Below are positions 8,787-18,820 of a DNA stretch of 64,000 nucleotides, one piece after another. Below the pieces are notes generated by a model, which worked only from the letters and a program-made list of their open reading frames with translations, did no database searches and was not told the origin of the DNA. Source of the DNA: an uncultured Pelagibacteraceae bacterium. GTDB lineage: Bacteria > Pseudomonadota > Alphaproteobacteria > Pelagibacterales > Pelagibacteraceae. A program made the position numbers and the translations under genes. Each line of letters starts with the position of its first letter. Position 1 is the stretch's first letter. The stretch covers positions 2,552 through 66,551 of the forward strand of contig CACKXF010000001.1 of assembly GCA_902604065.1 (NCBI GenBank). Reading direction: 5' to 3'.

Positions 8787-10240
8787 AACCACCAATTCTT
8801 TATTTCATTTTTAAAATTACAATTTTTTTCAAAAGCATAAGCCACATTCAATATATTTTGCTCATCTAAAGTCTTTCCAATTAACTGCAACCCTAGTGGA
8901 TAGCCCTTTTTATCTAAGCCTGCCGGTACCGATATTGCAGGTAAACCAGCTAAATTCACTGGTACAGTAAATATATCATTGAGATACATAGAAATAGGGT
9001 CATTAGTCTTTTCACCAATTTTAAATGCAGAACTTGGTGTTGAAGGTGTCAAAATAGCATCTACCTTACCAAAATTTTCATCAAAATCTTTTTTAATAAG
9101 CTGTCTAACCTTTTGAGCTTTAAGATAATAGGCATCATAATATCCTGATGACAAAACGTAAGTACCAATTAAGATTCTTCTCTTTACCTCATCTCCAAAT
9201 CCTTCGGATCTTGTATTCTCGTACATTTCAATTAAATCATTTCCTTTTGATGATCTATAACCATATTTTACTCCATCATATCTAGCTAAATTTGAAGAAG
9301 CTTCAGCTGGTGCAACTATATAATATGTTGGCAATGCATACTTTGTGTGAGGGAGCGAGATGTCAATTATGTCAGCGCCTAATTCTTTTAAAATATTTTT
9401 TCCCTTGTTCCATAATTCGTCAATTTCTTTTGGCATATTTTCAACTCTATATTCCTTAGGTATGCCAATTTTGAGACCTTTAATATCTGTTTTCAAATTT
9501 TTTGAATAATTTTCTTTTTTCTTTTCTATAGATGTGGAGTCTTTTTTATCAAAACCTGCCATAGCCTCTAACATGATCGAACAATCTTTAACAGATTTAG
9601 TCATTGGACCAGCTTGGTCAAGGGATGAGGCAAAGGCAACAATTCCCCAACGTGAACATAATCCATAAGTTGGTTTTAGTCCGACTGTTCCAGTGAAAGA
9701 GGCTGGCTGTCTTATTGAGCCGCCTGTATCGGTTCCAATTGTTGCAGGAGTTAAATTTGCTGCAAGTGCAGATGCAGAGCCCCCGGATGAGCCCCCAGGA
9801 ACAGTATTCTCAGCTATTGGATTTATAACATTTCCAAAATAACTTGTTTCATTTGACGATCCCATTGCATATTCATCGCAATTCAATTTGCCAAGTAAGA
9901 TAGCACCCTCTTTCCATAAATTTTCTGTAATGGTGGACTCATACTTTGGTATAAAATTTTTCAACATTTTACTACCAGCTGTAGTTTTAAATCCATCAGT
10001 ACAAAAAAGATCTTTTACAGCCAACGGGATTCCTGGAAGTAAAGAGTTTATGTTCGGCTTTTTGTCGAATTCTTTTGCTTTCTGAATAGCATTTTCAAAA
10101 CAGGTAGTTATATACGAGTTGAGTTTTTTGCTTTTATTTACTTTATCAATATAAAGATTAGTAAGCTCTTCGGATTTAATCTCCTTTTTTTTTATTAACT
10201 CTATAATTTCTGATAGGTCTTTTTTTATAATTTCTGACAT
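8783..10240 (-). CDS. gatA: Amidotransferase subunit A
   Basis: Amidase signature GGSSGGSA and [12 protein letters not shown]. Confidence 0.97.
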   Translation of the reverse strand: MSEIIKKDLSEIIELIKKKEIKSEELTNLYIDKVNKSKKLNSYITTCFENAIQKAKEFDKKPNINSLLPGIPLAVKDLFCTDGFKTTAGSKMLKNFIPKYESTITENLWKEGAILLGKLNCDEYAMGSSNETSYFGNVINPIAENTVPGGSSGGSASALAANLTPATIGTDTGGSIRQPASFTGTVGLKPTYGLCSRWGIVAFASSLDQAGPMTKSVKDCSIMLEAMAGFDKKDSTSIEKKKENYSKNLKTDIKGLKIGIPKEYRVENMPKEIDELWNKGKNILKELGADIIDISLPHTKYALPTYYIVAPAEASSNLARYDGVKYGYRSSKGNDLIEMYENTRSEGFGDEVKRRILIGTYVLSSGYYDAYYLKAQKVRQLIKKDFDENFGKVDAILTPSTPSSAFKIGEKTNDPISMYLNDIFTVPVNLAGLPAISVPAGLDKKGYPLGLQLIGKTLDEQNILNVAYAFEKNCNFKNEIKNWWL

Positions 10241-10527
10241 TATTCAATAACCTTTGGAACAACGAAAAATTCTTCGTTATTTTTTGGTGAATTTTTAAGA
10301 ATCTTTTCTCTTATTTTTCCATCATCTATTTTATCTTCTCTTGACCTGAGCGGTGTGTTTAAAATTGAAGATAATGGTTCTACTTTATCAGTATTTAACT
10401 CATTTAATTGCTCTATAAATTTGAATATAGATGTTAAATCTTTTGCTAATAAGTCAGATTTTTTTGAATCTATAGAAATTCTAGCTAACTTACTAATATG
10501 TTTAATTTTATCTTTATCTATGGACAT
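10240..10527 (-). CDS. gatC: Amidotransferase subunit C
   Basis: ISKLARI and FFVVPKVIE. Upstream of gatA. Confidence 0.95.
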   Translation of the reverse strand: MSIDKDKIKHISKLARISIDSKKSDLLAKDLTSIFKFIEQLNELNTDKVEPLSSILNTPLRSREDKIDDGKIREKILKNSPKNNEEFFVVPKVIE

Positions 10528-10581
10528 CTGTGATTTATGTTATTTATATAGGAAATTAATATCATAAAATATAATAAATAA

Positions 10582-11046
10582 ATGTTGGATATTGAGGAAT
10601 TTAAGAAAAAACTAGACAAAAAATCAAGGCTTATAGGCATTGATCCTGGAAAAAAGCGAATAGGTATAGCTATTTCAGATGAAAATAAAATAGTCGCTAC
10701 TCCATATACAACTATAATTAAAAAAGATTATTCTAGTTTTTTGGCTGAAATAAAGAAAATAGTCCACGAAAATACTGTTAAAGGTATTGTGGTTGGAAAT
10801 CCCATAAATATGGATGGGTCATCTGGATCCTCATCTCAATCTGCAAAAGATTTAGCATTAAACTTATCAAAAGATGTTACACAAAATATCGTTTTGTGGG
10901 ATGAAAGACTATCAAGCGAGGGGGCATTCAATTTATCTAGCAATTTAGATATAAATGTAAGTAAAAAAGTACAAAAATTAGACGAAAATGCGGCTCAATT
11001 CATATTACAAGGGGCTTTAGATTATTTAAATAAAAATAATACTTGA
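10582..11046 (+). CDS. ruvX: YqgF/RuvX pre-16S rRNA nuclease
   Basis: GIDPGKKRIGIAISD, WDERLSS and AAQFILQG. Confidence 0.93.
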   Translation: MLDIEEFKKKLDKKSRLIGIDPGKKRIGIAISDENKIVATPYTTIIKKDYSSFLAEIKKIVHENTVKGIVVGNPINMDGSSGSSSQSAKDLALNLSKDVTQNIVLWDERLSSEGAFNLSSNLDINVSKKVQKLDENAAQFILQGALDYLNKNNT

Positions 11047-11072
11047 TAAGATAGCACAAAAGGCCTATAGAG

Positions 11073-12026
11073 TTGATTTTAATGGCAGTAATAAAAAAGT
11101 CCTCAGCTATTAAAAACTCACCCAAACATCTTTTAGGTATTCAAAATTTATCAATATTAGAAGCTAAAAAAATTTTAAACGAGGCAAAAACTTTTATTAA
11201 ATTGAATAGAAGCAATACCAAGAAGTTGAATACTTTAAGAGGAAAAACCCAAATCAATTTATTTTTTGAACCGTCAACTAGAACACAAAGTTCGTTTGAC
11301 CTGGCTGGCAAAAGATTAGGTGCTGATGTTATGACTATGAATATGAGTAACTCCGCTTTAAAAAAAGGTGAAACTCTTATTGATACGGCTATGACATTAA
11401 ATGCAATGCATCCGGATTTGATAGTTATTCGTCATCAAGACTCTGGTGCACCAAATCTACTTTCACAAAAAGTTAATTGTGCGGTAATAAATGCTGGGGA
11501 TGGTAGAAGAGAACACCCTACTCAGGCCTTGCTTGATGCTTTAACAATAATAAGCCGCAAAGGTAATATTGAAGGACTTAAGATAGCAATCTGTGGTGAC
11601 ATACTCCATTCTAGAGTCGCTAGATCAAATATCTATTTAATGAATATGCTTGGAGCTGAAGTAAATGTGATTGCCCCTAAAACTCTAATGCCAAAATCAA
11701 TTGAAAGATTAGGTGTTAAAGCTTTTACTAATATGAAAAAAGGCTTAGATGGATGTGACATTGTTATGATGTTGAGATTGCAAAATGAAAGAATGCAAGG
11801 ATCATTTCTTCCTTCTAAAAGAGAATACTATGAGTACTTTGGTTTAACTCCAGAAAAATTAAAGTTTGCCAACAAAAATGCTTTGATCATGCATCCTGGT
11901 CCAATGAATAGAGGAGTAGAAATAGATACTAAATTAGCTGATGATATTAATGTAAGTCTGGTGAAAGAACAGGTTGAACTTGGAGTAGCTGTTAGAATGG
12001 CATGTTTAAAATTATATTGTAAATGA
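11073..12026 (+). CDS. pyrB: Aspartate carbamoyltransferase
   Basis: [16 protein letters not shown] and MHPGP. True start may be the ATG at 11082. Confidence 0.97.
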   Translation: MILMAVIKKSSAIKNSPKHLLGIQNLSILEAKKILNEAKTFIKLNRSNTKKLNTLRGKTQINLFFEPSTRTQSSFDLAGKRLGADVMTMNMSNSALKKGETLIDTAMTLNAMHPDLIVIRHQDSGAPNLLSQKVNCAVINAGDGRREHPTQALLDALTIISRKGNIEGLKIAICGDILHSRVARSNIYLMNMLGAEVNVIAPKTLMPKSIERLGVKAFTNMKKGLDGCDIVMMLRLQNERMQGSFLPSKREYYEYFGLTPEKLKFANKNALIMHPGPMNRGVEIDTKLADDINVSLVKEQVELGVAVRMACLKLYCK

Positions 12027-13309
12027 ATGAAAAAATTATAATAAACGCTAGAATTGTTGATCCATCTCAAAAATTAGATGAAATGGGTTCAGTGATTATT
12101 GATAAAAATGGAAAAGTAAAAGCTATTGGGAAAAAAGTAACTAAAAAAGACTGTCCAAATGCTGAGGTAATTGATGTTAAAAAAAATCTAATAATACCTG
12201 GTATCGTTGATATGAAGGCATTTGTTGGTGAACCAGGATTTGAATACAAAGAAAATTTTAGAACTTTAAGTCAAGCAGCTCTTGCAGGTGGTGTAACTTC
12301 AATTGTTACGATGCCTAACACAAAACCTATTATAGATAATGTCTCCATGGTTGATTTTATAATGAGACGTGGAAGAGATAAATCAAAAATTAATCTCTTT
12401 CCATGTGCTTCACTCACAAAACAAATGGAAGGTAAGCTGATGACAGAATTTGGTTTATTGTCAGCAAAAGGAATTATTGGATTTAGTGATGTAAACAAAA
12501 CAGTTCAAAATACCGAGACTATGGCAAGAATAATGGACTATGCATCAGATATTGGTGTTTTGATTATGCAGCATGCTGAAGATTACGAATTATCGAAAAA
12601 TAGATGTATAAATGAAGGTGAAGTATCTAATAGACTTGGTTTGAGTGGAATATCACCAATAGCTGAAAAAATTATTATAGAAAGAGATCTCTCTTTATTA
12701 AGTGAATTCCCATGTAGGTACCATATAAATCAAATTTCATCTCGGAATTCTTTAGATGTTATTAAAAAAAATAAATCAAATGGTAAAAAATTTAGTGTTG
12801 GGGTTTCAATAAATAATATTTCCCTTAATGAAAATGACATTGGGGACTTTAAAACATTTTTAAAACTATCTCCTCCTCTTAGATTGGAAGATGATAGAAA
12901 AGCACTAGTTGAGGGAATAAAAAACGGACTTATTGATGTTATAGTTTCAGATCATACTCCTGAGGATGAGGAAAGTAAAAGACTTCCTTTTGCTCAAGCA
13001 GCCACTGGTGCTATAGGTGTAGAAACTCTTCTACCGCTAGCATTAGAACTATATCATAATGAATCTTTGTCACTTAATAAGATAATTGAATGTTTAACAA
13101 TTAATCCATCTAATGTTCTTAAGATTAACAAAGGCACTTTAAAAATGGGGTCCGATGCAGATATTTGTGTTATTGATTTAAATAAACCATGGGTGGTCAA
13201 AGCAGGAAATTTAAAATCTAAGTCTAAAAATACCGCTATTGAGGATAAAAGATTACAGGGTAAAGTTTTGATGACCTTTTTGAAGGGTGAACCTGTATTT
13301 AAAACTTGA
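12023..13309 (+). CDS. pyrC: Dihydroorotase-like protein, probably inactive PyrC'
   Basis: Amidohydrolase with MPNTKP and SDHTP. The metal-binding HxH is replaced ([10 protein letters not shown]). Confidence 0.88.
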   Translation: MNEKIIINARIVDPSQKLDEMGSVIIDKNGKVKAIGKKVTKKDCPNAEVIDVKKNLIIPGIVDMKAFVGEPGFEYKENFRTLSQAALAGGVTSIVTMPNTKPIIDNVSMVDFIMRRGRDKSKINLFPCASLTKQMEGKLMTEFGLLSAKGIIGFSDVNKTVQNTETMARIMDYASDIGVLIMQHAEDYELSKNRCINEGEVSNRLGLSGISPIAEKIIIERDLSLLSEFPCRYHINQISSRNSLDVIKKNKSNGKKFSVGVSINNISLNENDIGDFKTFLKLSPPLRLEDDRKALVEGIKNGLIDVIVSDHTPEDEESKRLPFAQAATGAIGVETLLPLALELYHNESLSLNKIIECLTINPSNVLKINKGTLKMGSDADICVIDLNKPWVVKAGNLKSKSKNTAIEDKRLQGKVLMTFLKGEPVFKT

Positions 13310-13887
13310 AAATGGAAATTATAATTTTATCTTTATGTTCATATCTTATAGGGTCAATTCCATTTGGTTTAATATTTACTAAATTTTTTTTAAAAAAAGA
13401 TGTAAGAAAAATTGGATCCGGAAACATAGGTGCTACTAATGTACTTCGGACTGGTAATAAAATTTTAGCTTTATTAACTTTAATTTTTGATATTGCTAAA
13501 GGATATTTAGTAGTTAAAATTTCTTTTATTTATTTTCCTGACTTAATATATTTGACAGGACTAATTTGTTTCATTGGTCATATTTTTCCTGTCTGGTTAA
13601 AATTTAAAGGTGGTAAAGGAGTAGCAGTTTATGTTGGTATAATTTTAGCTTTATCGTTTAAATTAGCTTTAATTTTTGGAGCCACTTGGTTAATTGTTTT
13701 ATTTTTATTTAGATATTCTTCTCTTTCATCTATCTTCGCATCATTGTCGTTAATAATTTATAATTTATTTTTTAATGATAATTTTCAAAATTTTTTTTTA
13801 ATTCTATTTTTCTTGATTATTATTTATACCCACAAACAAAATATTTTGAGAATTAAAGACAAAAGGGAAACTAAAATAAAGTTTTAA
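13306..13887 (+). CDS. plsY: Glycerol-3-phosphate acyltransferase
   Basis: GSGNIGATNVLR and FKGGKGVA. Confidence 0.95.
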   Translation: MKMEIIILSLCSYLIGSIPFGLIFTKFFLKKDVRKIGSGNIGATNVLRTGNKILALLTLIFDIAKGYLVVKISFIYFPDLIYLTGLICFIGHIFPVWLKFKGGKGVAVYVGIILALSFKLALIFGATWLIVLFLFRYSSLSSIFASLSLIIYNLFFNDNFQNFFLILFFLIIIYTHKQNILRIKDKRETKIKF

Positions 13888-13959
13888 TTTATTAGGTTTT
13901 TTAAGTTAAATTTAAATAAATTTGACTTTTATTCCAAATTTTGAAATTAAGTCTTTAAT

Positions 13960-16533
13960 ATGAATTTAGTTATAGTTGAAAGTCCAGCAAAAGCTAAAAC
14001 GATAAACAAATATCTAGGTTCAGACTACTTAGTTTTAGCCAGTTACGGCCACATTAGAGATTTGCCATCAAAGAATGGCTCGGTTGATCCTGATAAAAAT
14101 TTTGAAATGCAATGGGAATTAGATTCTTTTTCAAAAAAATATTTAAAAGAAATTACAGATGCAGCAAAAGAAAGTGATAAAATAATATTAGCAACCGATC
14201 CAGATCGTGAAGGGGAAGCAATAGCGTGGCATGTAAAACAAGTTTTAGATGATAAAAAACTTTTAAAAGGAAAAAAACTGGAGAGAGTTGTTTTTAACGA
14301 AATTACTAAAAACGCTGTGCTTAAAGGTATTAATAATCCCAGAGAAATTGAAGAGACATTAGTAAAAGCATATCTTGCTAGAAGAGCTTTAGATTATCTT
14401 GTAGGATTTAATATATCGCCAATTTTGTGGACTAAACTTCCAGGCTCTAAATCAGCAGGAAGAGTTCAATCTGTTGCTCTAAAATTAATAACTCAAAGAG
14501 AACATGAAATTGAGTCTTTTAAACCAGAAGAGTACTGGACGTTAAATGCTAATTTTAAAAATTTAGAAAATAAAAATGTTTTTTCAAAACTTAATATTCT
14601 CGATGGAAAAAAAATCGAAAGATTTAGTTTTAAAAATAAAAGTGATATTAATTTAGCAACTGAAAAAATTAATAAACAAGAATATTTCATTAAAGATGTA
14701 AACTCAAAAGTTGTAAAAAGGAATCCCTCAGGTCCTTTCACTACTTCAACACTTCAACAAACATCATCTGGAAAGTATGGTTTTGGCGCTTCAAGAACTA
14801 TGCAAATAGCACAAAGATTATATCAGGGAATTGAAATAGATGGAGAAACTGTAGGACTTATTACCTACATGAGGACTGATGGAACGAATATCTCAAATGA
14901 AGCTGTCAAAGAATTCAGATCTTTTGTGGAGAATGATTTGGGAAAAAATTATTTACCAGATAGCCCAAATAATTATAAAGGAAAAAAAGCTAAAAATGCT
15001 CAAGAAGCTCACGAAGCTATCAGACCAACTGATATTAAAAAAAAACCTGATGAAATGAAGAAATATCTAAGCACAGATCAATTTAAGCTATATGATTTAA
15101 TTTGGTCTAGAGCTCTAGCATCACAGATGAAGCCGGCTGAGTTTGATAGAAACACAATTCAAATTAATTCAAAAGATAATAGTATTCAATTTACCTCTAC
15201 TGGTTCGGTTATAAAATTTGACGGTTTTTTAAAAATTTATTCATTCCAAAACGAGGATGAAGAAAAAAATATGTTGCCAGAAGTTAAAGTAGGTGAAAAG
15301 ATAAATCTAGGAGAATTAATTGATGAACAACATTTCACATCTCCACCTCCAAGATATTCTGAAGCAAGTTTAGTAAAGAAAATGGAAGAGCTGGGTATTG
15401 GTAGACCTTCTACTTATGCAAGTATTATATCTGTTTTGTCAACTAGAAATTACACTGAGTTATTAAATAAAAGATTTCATCCTACTGATAGGGGTAAATT
15501 GTTATCAGCTTTTTTGGAAAAACTCTTTTCAAAATATGTTGATTATAATTTTACTGCAGATTTAGAAAATCAACTTGATGAAATAACAAGTGGTAAAACT
15601 AATTACTTAAATGTTTTAGAGACATTTTGGAAAAGTTTTTATAATGACGTTGGCTCAGTCAAAGACATTAGGACTAGAGAAGTATTAGATTTGTTAAATG
15701 AAAGTCTTGGGGATTTAATATTTGAAAAGAATGAAAAAGATCAAATTGATAGAAAGTGTAAAATTTGTGCTAATGGTATTTTAAGTCTTAAAAATAGCTT
15801 TAGGGGTGGTGCTTTCATTGGTTGTTCAAACTATCCAGAATGTAAATTTACAAGGCCTCTCTCAAAAACGAAGGCATCCCAACAATCATTTTTAGCGGAA
15901 CCAAAACTGATAGGAAAAAATGATGAAGGGAAAGAAATATTTTTGAAAAATGGAAGATTTGGTCCTTATTTACAATATGAGTTAATAAAAGAAATTGAAG
16001 AAAAACCTATTAAAAAGAAACGTGGCAAAAAGAAAAAAGACGACAATTTAAAAAATGTTTCAATTCCAAAAGGTTTGTCCTTAAAAGATGTAGATTTAGA
16101 AAAAGCAAAATATTTGTGCTCATTACCAAAAAATATAGGTAAACACCCTGAGCTTAATGATGATATAACAATCAACATTGGTAGATTTGGTCCATATTTA
16201 AAATGTTCTAATAAATCTGCTCGATTGGAAACTATTGAAGATTTATTTTCAATCGGACTAAATCGAGCAATTACTTTAATTTCGGAAGCAAAGCCAGGAA
16301 GAGTCTCTTCATCTGAAATCAAGAATATAGGGCAGCATCCTGAAGACAAGAAACCGGTTAGAGTTATGAAAGGTCAGTATGGTCCATACATAAAATATAA
16401 GTCTCTAAATGCAACTATACCAGAAGATAAAGACCCAAGTGAAATTACAATGGAGGAAGCGTTAATATTGATAGAAAAAAGAAAAGAATATGATAAAAGT
16501 AAAAAAGGAAAAAAAAAAGGTATTAAAAAATGA
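13960..16533 (+). CDS. topA: DNA topoisomerase I
   Basis: IVESPAK, ATDPDREGE, ITYMRTD, one Zn ribbon and C-terminal GRFGPY repeats. Confidence 0.97.
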   Translation: MNLVIVESPAKAKTINKYLGSDYLVLASYGHIRDLPSKNGSVDPDKNFEMQWELDSFSKKYLKEITDAAKESDKIILATDPDREGEAIAWHVKQVLDDKKLLKGKKLERVVFNEITKNAVLKGINNPREIEETLVKAYLARRALDYLVGFNISPILWTKLPGSKSAGRVQSVALKLITQREHEIESFKPEEYWTLNANFKNLENKNVFSKLNILDGKKIERFSFKNKSDINLATEKINKQEYFIKDVNSKVVKRNPSGPFTTSTLQQTSSGKYGFGASRTMQIAQRLYQGIEIDGETVGLITYMRTDGTNISNEAVKEFRSFVENDLGKNYLPDSPNNYKGKKAKNAQEAHEAIRPTDIKKKPDEMKKYLSTDQFKLYDLIWSRALASQMKPAEFDRNTIQINSKDNSIQFTSTGSVIKFDGFLKIYSFQNEDEEKNMLPEVKVGEKINLGELIDEQHFTSPPPRYSEASLVKKMEELGIGRPSTYASIISVLSTRNYTELLNKRFHPTDRGKLLSAFLEKLFSKYVDYNFTADLENQLDEITSGKTNYLNVLETFWKSFYNDVGSVKDIRTREVLDLLNESLGDLIFEKNEKDQIDRKCKICANGILSLKNSFRGGAFIGCSNYPECKFTRPLSKTKASQQSFLAEPKLIGKNDEGKEIFLKNGRFGPYLQYELIKEIEEKPIKKKRGKKKKDDNLKNVSIPKGLSLKDVDLEKAKYLCSLPKNIGKHPELNDDITINIGRFGPYLKCSNKSARLETIEDLFSIGLNRAITLISEAKPGRVSSSEIKNIGQHPEDKKPVRVMKGQYGPYIKYKSLNATIPEDKDPSEITMEEALILIEKRKEYDKSKKGKKKGIKK

Positions 16534-16742
16534 AAAAATTTATTTGTGTGTTAATTTTTTTAACATATCAAAGCCCTATTTTTGCAGATGAAAATAAAGG
16601 TTGTGATGGAATATTAGCTAAACTTAAAAAAGAGTGTAATATTGTTGGTAAAAGTTTAGACAAAATGAAAGATTTTAGCAGTAAAAATAAAACAATTGAT
16701 CAGTCTCTTGAAAATATTAAAGATAAACTTAAAAAAAAATGA
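16530..16742 (+). CDS. Small hypothetical exported protein (70 aa)
   Basis: Signal-peptide-like N-terminus and two Cys. ATGA overlaps with both topA and ridA. Confidence 0.7.
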   Translation: MKKFICVLIFLTYQSPIFADENKGCDGILAKLKKECNIVGKSLDKMKDFSSKNKTIDQSLENIKDKLKKK

Positions 16743-17110
16743 GTGTTGATGAAAATTTAAAAAAATTAAAAATTGATCTACCTGATCCACCTGCGCCAGT
16801 CGGCGCTTATACAGCGTTTAAAAAAATAGGGAAATTATTATTTATTTCGGGACAAATCTCTTTAGACTCAAATGGAGTATTAATTAAAGGAAAAGTTGGA
16901 TCTGAAATCAACTTAGAAGTTGGTAAAAAAGCTGCAGAAACATGTTGTATTAACATTGTGGCACAATTAAAAAAAGCATGTAATGGTAACTTAGATAAAG
17001 TAAATTCATGTGTCCAACTAGCTGGATATGTAAATTCTTCAGATAATTTCATTGATCAACCAAAAGTTCAATGGACCAAAAGACGCAAAAAATTTTTTAA
17101 AAAAGATTAG
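16739..17110 (+). pseudogene. ridA: Truncated, chimeric RidA-family gene (110 native aa plus 13 junction-derived aa)
   Basis: Identical to 55432..55760, then diverges at 17068. Lacks the C-terminal RSAV...LPLGAAVEI. Confidence 0.9.
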
Positions 17111-17846
17111 AATAAAAAAAAAGGTAATTAATAATTGTGAAGACTATATTTTATCTAAACTTGGTAAAGATATTTATGAAAATTTTTATAAAAATTACAC
17201 AATAAAACAATGGGGTATACATCCAAAGTTTTTAGATAAGAGTATAGTAGGAAGATTGCCTATAAGATTTAACAGAGACCCTTATTATGTTAATCAAAAA
17301 ATAAAGGTAATGCCTAAGCATGGTTATACTAAACTTTTTTTTAATATGATCAATAATCCGAGGATAAATGTCAATTTAAAAACCTCTTATGAAAAAATAA
17401 AAAATAAAGTTAAGCCTAAAATTGCTACTATTTATACTGGCCCTCCAGATTTATTTTTTAAATTTAAATATGGTAAACTTGATTGGAGATCTTTAAAATT
17501 TAAATTTAAAACTTTAAGAAAAAAAAAGATACAAGAATGTGTGCAAATTAACTTTCCTAACGAACAAAAGTATACCAGAAAAGTTGAAATAAAACATGTT
17601 ACTAAACAAAAGTCTAAATATTCTACTCTGTCTTATGAGTTTCCTAAGTCTAAGGGTGACCCATATTATCCAATAAACAATAAAAAAAATAGAGATAGAT
17701 TTGATAAATATAAAAAGCTAATTAAAAAAGCTGAAAAAAATAATATTTTTTTTGAAGGTAGATTAGCTACTTATCGCTATCTCAATATGGATGAAGTAAT
17801 TGAAAAAGCTTTAATCTTATTTGATAAACTGAAAAGAAGATATTAA
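17068..17846 (+). pseudogene. glf: UDP-galactopyranose mutase, 5'-truncated
   Basis: YTIKQWG, RLPIR, PYYPI and GRLATYRYLNMD are present. The N-terminal FAD-binding GxGxxG region is missing and the fragment starts at the junction. Confidence 0.88.
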
Positions 17847-17848
17847 TT

Positions 17849-18820
17849 ATGGAAAATATATTAGTGACCGGAGGGGCTGGTTATATCGGCAGTCATGTAG
17901 TCGAACGTCTAATCAAATTAAGAAAAAATGTTTTTATTGTTGATAATCTTTCAACAGGCAAAATGAAATTAATTAACAAAAAAGCCAAATTTTTTAAATG
18001 TGATATAATGAATTACAAAAAATTAGATATAATAATCAGACAAAACAAAATTCAATCTATTATTCATTTAGCAGCTTGCTTAAGTGTAGGTGAAAGTCAA
18101 AAAAACCCTAGAAAATATTATAGAAATAATGTTTTAGGGACAAAAAATTTAATCAAATCATCTTTAAAAAATCAGATAAAAAATTTTGTTTTTTCTTCAA
18201 CTTGTGCAGTTTATAAAGATGGGCTTATAACAGTTAGTGAAAATTCAAAATTATTTCCAAAAAGTGTTTATGGCAAAACAAAACTATTAGGAGAAAAAAA
18301 CATTTTAAAATCTTTTAAATTAAGCAAAGTTAAATTTGCAATTTTAAGATATTTTAATGTAGCAGGTGCCAGTAGTAGTGGTAAAATAGGTCAAATAACT
18401 AAAGGAGATCAGTTATTTAAAAATCTCTCAATAGTTTCAAAACAAAAATATCCTCAAATAAATGTTTACGGCAATGATTATCATACTCAGGATGGAACCT
18501 GTATTAGGGATTATATTCACGTATCAGATATAGCTGATATTCATATAAGGGTGCTAAATAAAATTAAAATTAATAAAAAATCTATTATTCTTAATTGTGG
18601 GTATGGGAATGGAATATCTGTATTAGATGCGATAAATGAGTTTCAAAAACAAATTAAGAAAAATATTAAAATTAAATTTTTAAATCGAAGAAAAGGAGAT
18701 ATGGAGCAAATAATTTCGGACAATAAAAAAATTAAAAGATATTTAAAATGGTCTCCAAAAAAGAATAACTTAACTTGGATAGTAAAAAGTTGTATTTTCT
18801 GGGAAAAAAAAATTAAATAA
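17849..18820 (+). CDS. galE: UDP-glucose 4-epimerase
   Basis: TGGAGYIGSH, YGKTK, LRYFNVAGA and DGTCIRDYIHV. Confidence 0.95.
   Translation: MENILVTGGAGYIGSHVVERLIKLRKNVFIVDNLSTGKMKLINKKAKFFKCDIMNYKKLDIIIRQNKIQSIIHLAACLSVGESQKNPRKYYRNNVLGTKNLIKSSLKNQIKNFVFSSTCAVYKDGLITVSENSKLFPKSVYGKTKLLGEKNILKSFKLSKVKFAILRYFNVAGASSSGKIGQITKGDQLFKNLSIVSKQKYPQINVYGNDYHTQDGTCIRDYIHVSDIADIHIRVLNKIKINKKSIILNCGYGNGISVLDAINEFQKQIKKNIKIKFLNRRKGDMEQIISDNKKIKRYLKWSPKKNNLTWIVKSCIFWEKKIK

Larger units (their letters stand above)
1..17067 (+). repeat. Large direct repeat, copy 1 (left end lies outside the window)
   Basis: Matches 38694..55760 at a constant offset of 38693. All ORF translations are identical and spot checks show no differences. 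Identity ends after ...GATCAACCAAAAGT at 17067/55760. Confidence 0.98.

Noticed and set aside
17052-17846. 264-aa ORF as a complete novel gene
   Set aside because: It is the 3' part of glf. The TTG start comes from ridA sequence across the junction.
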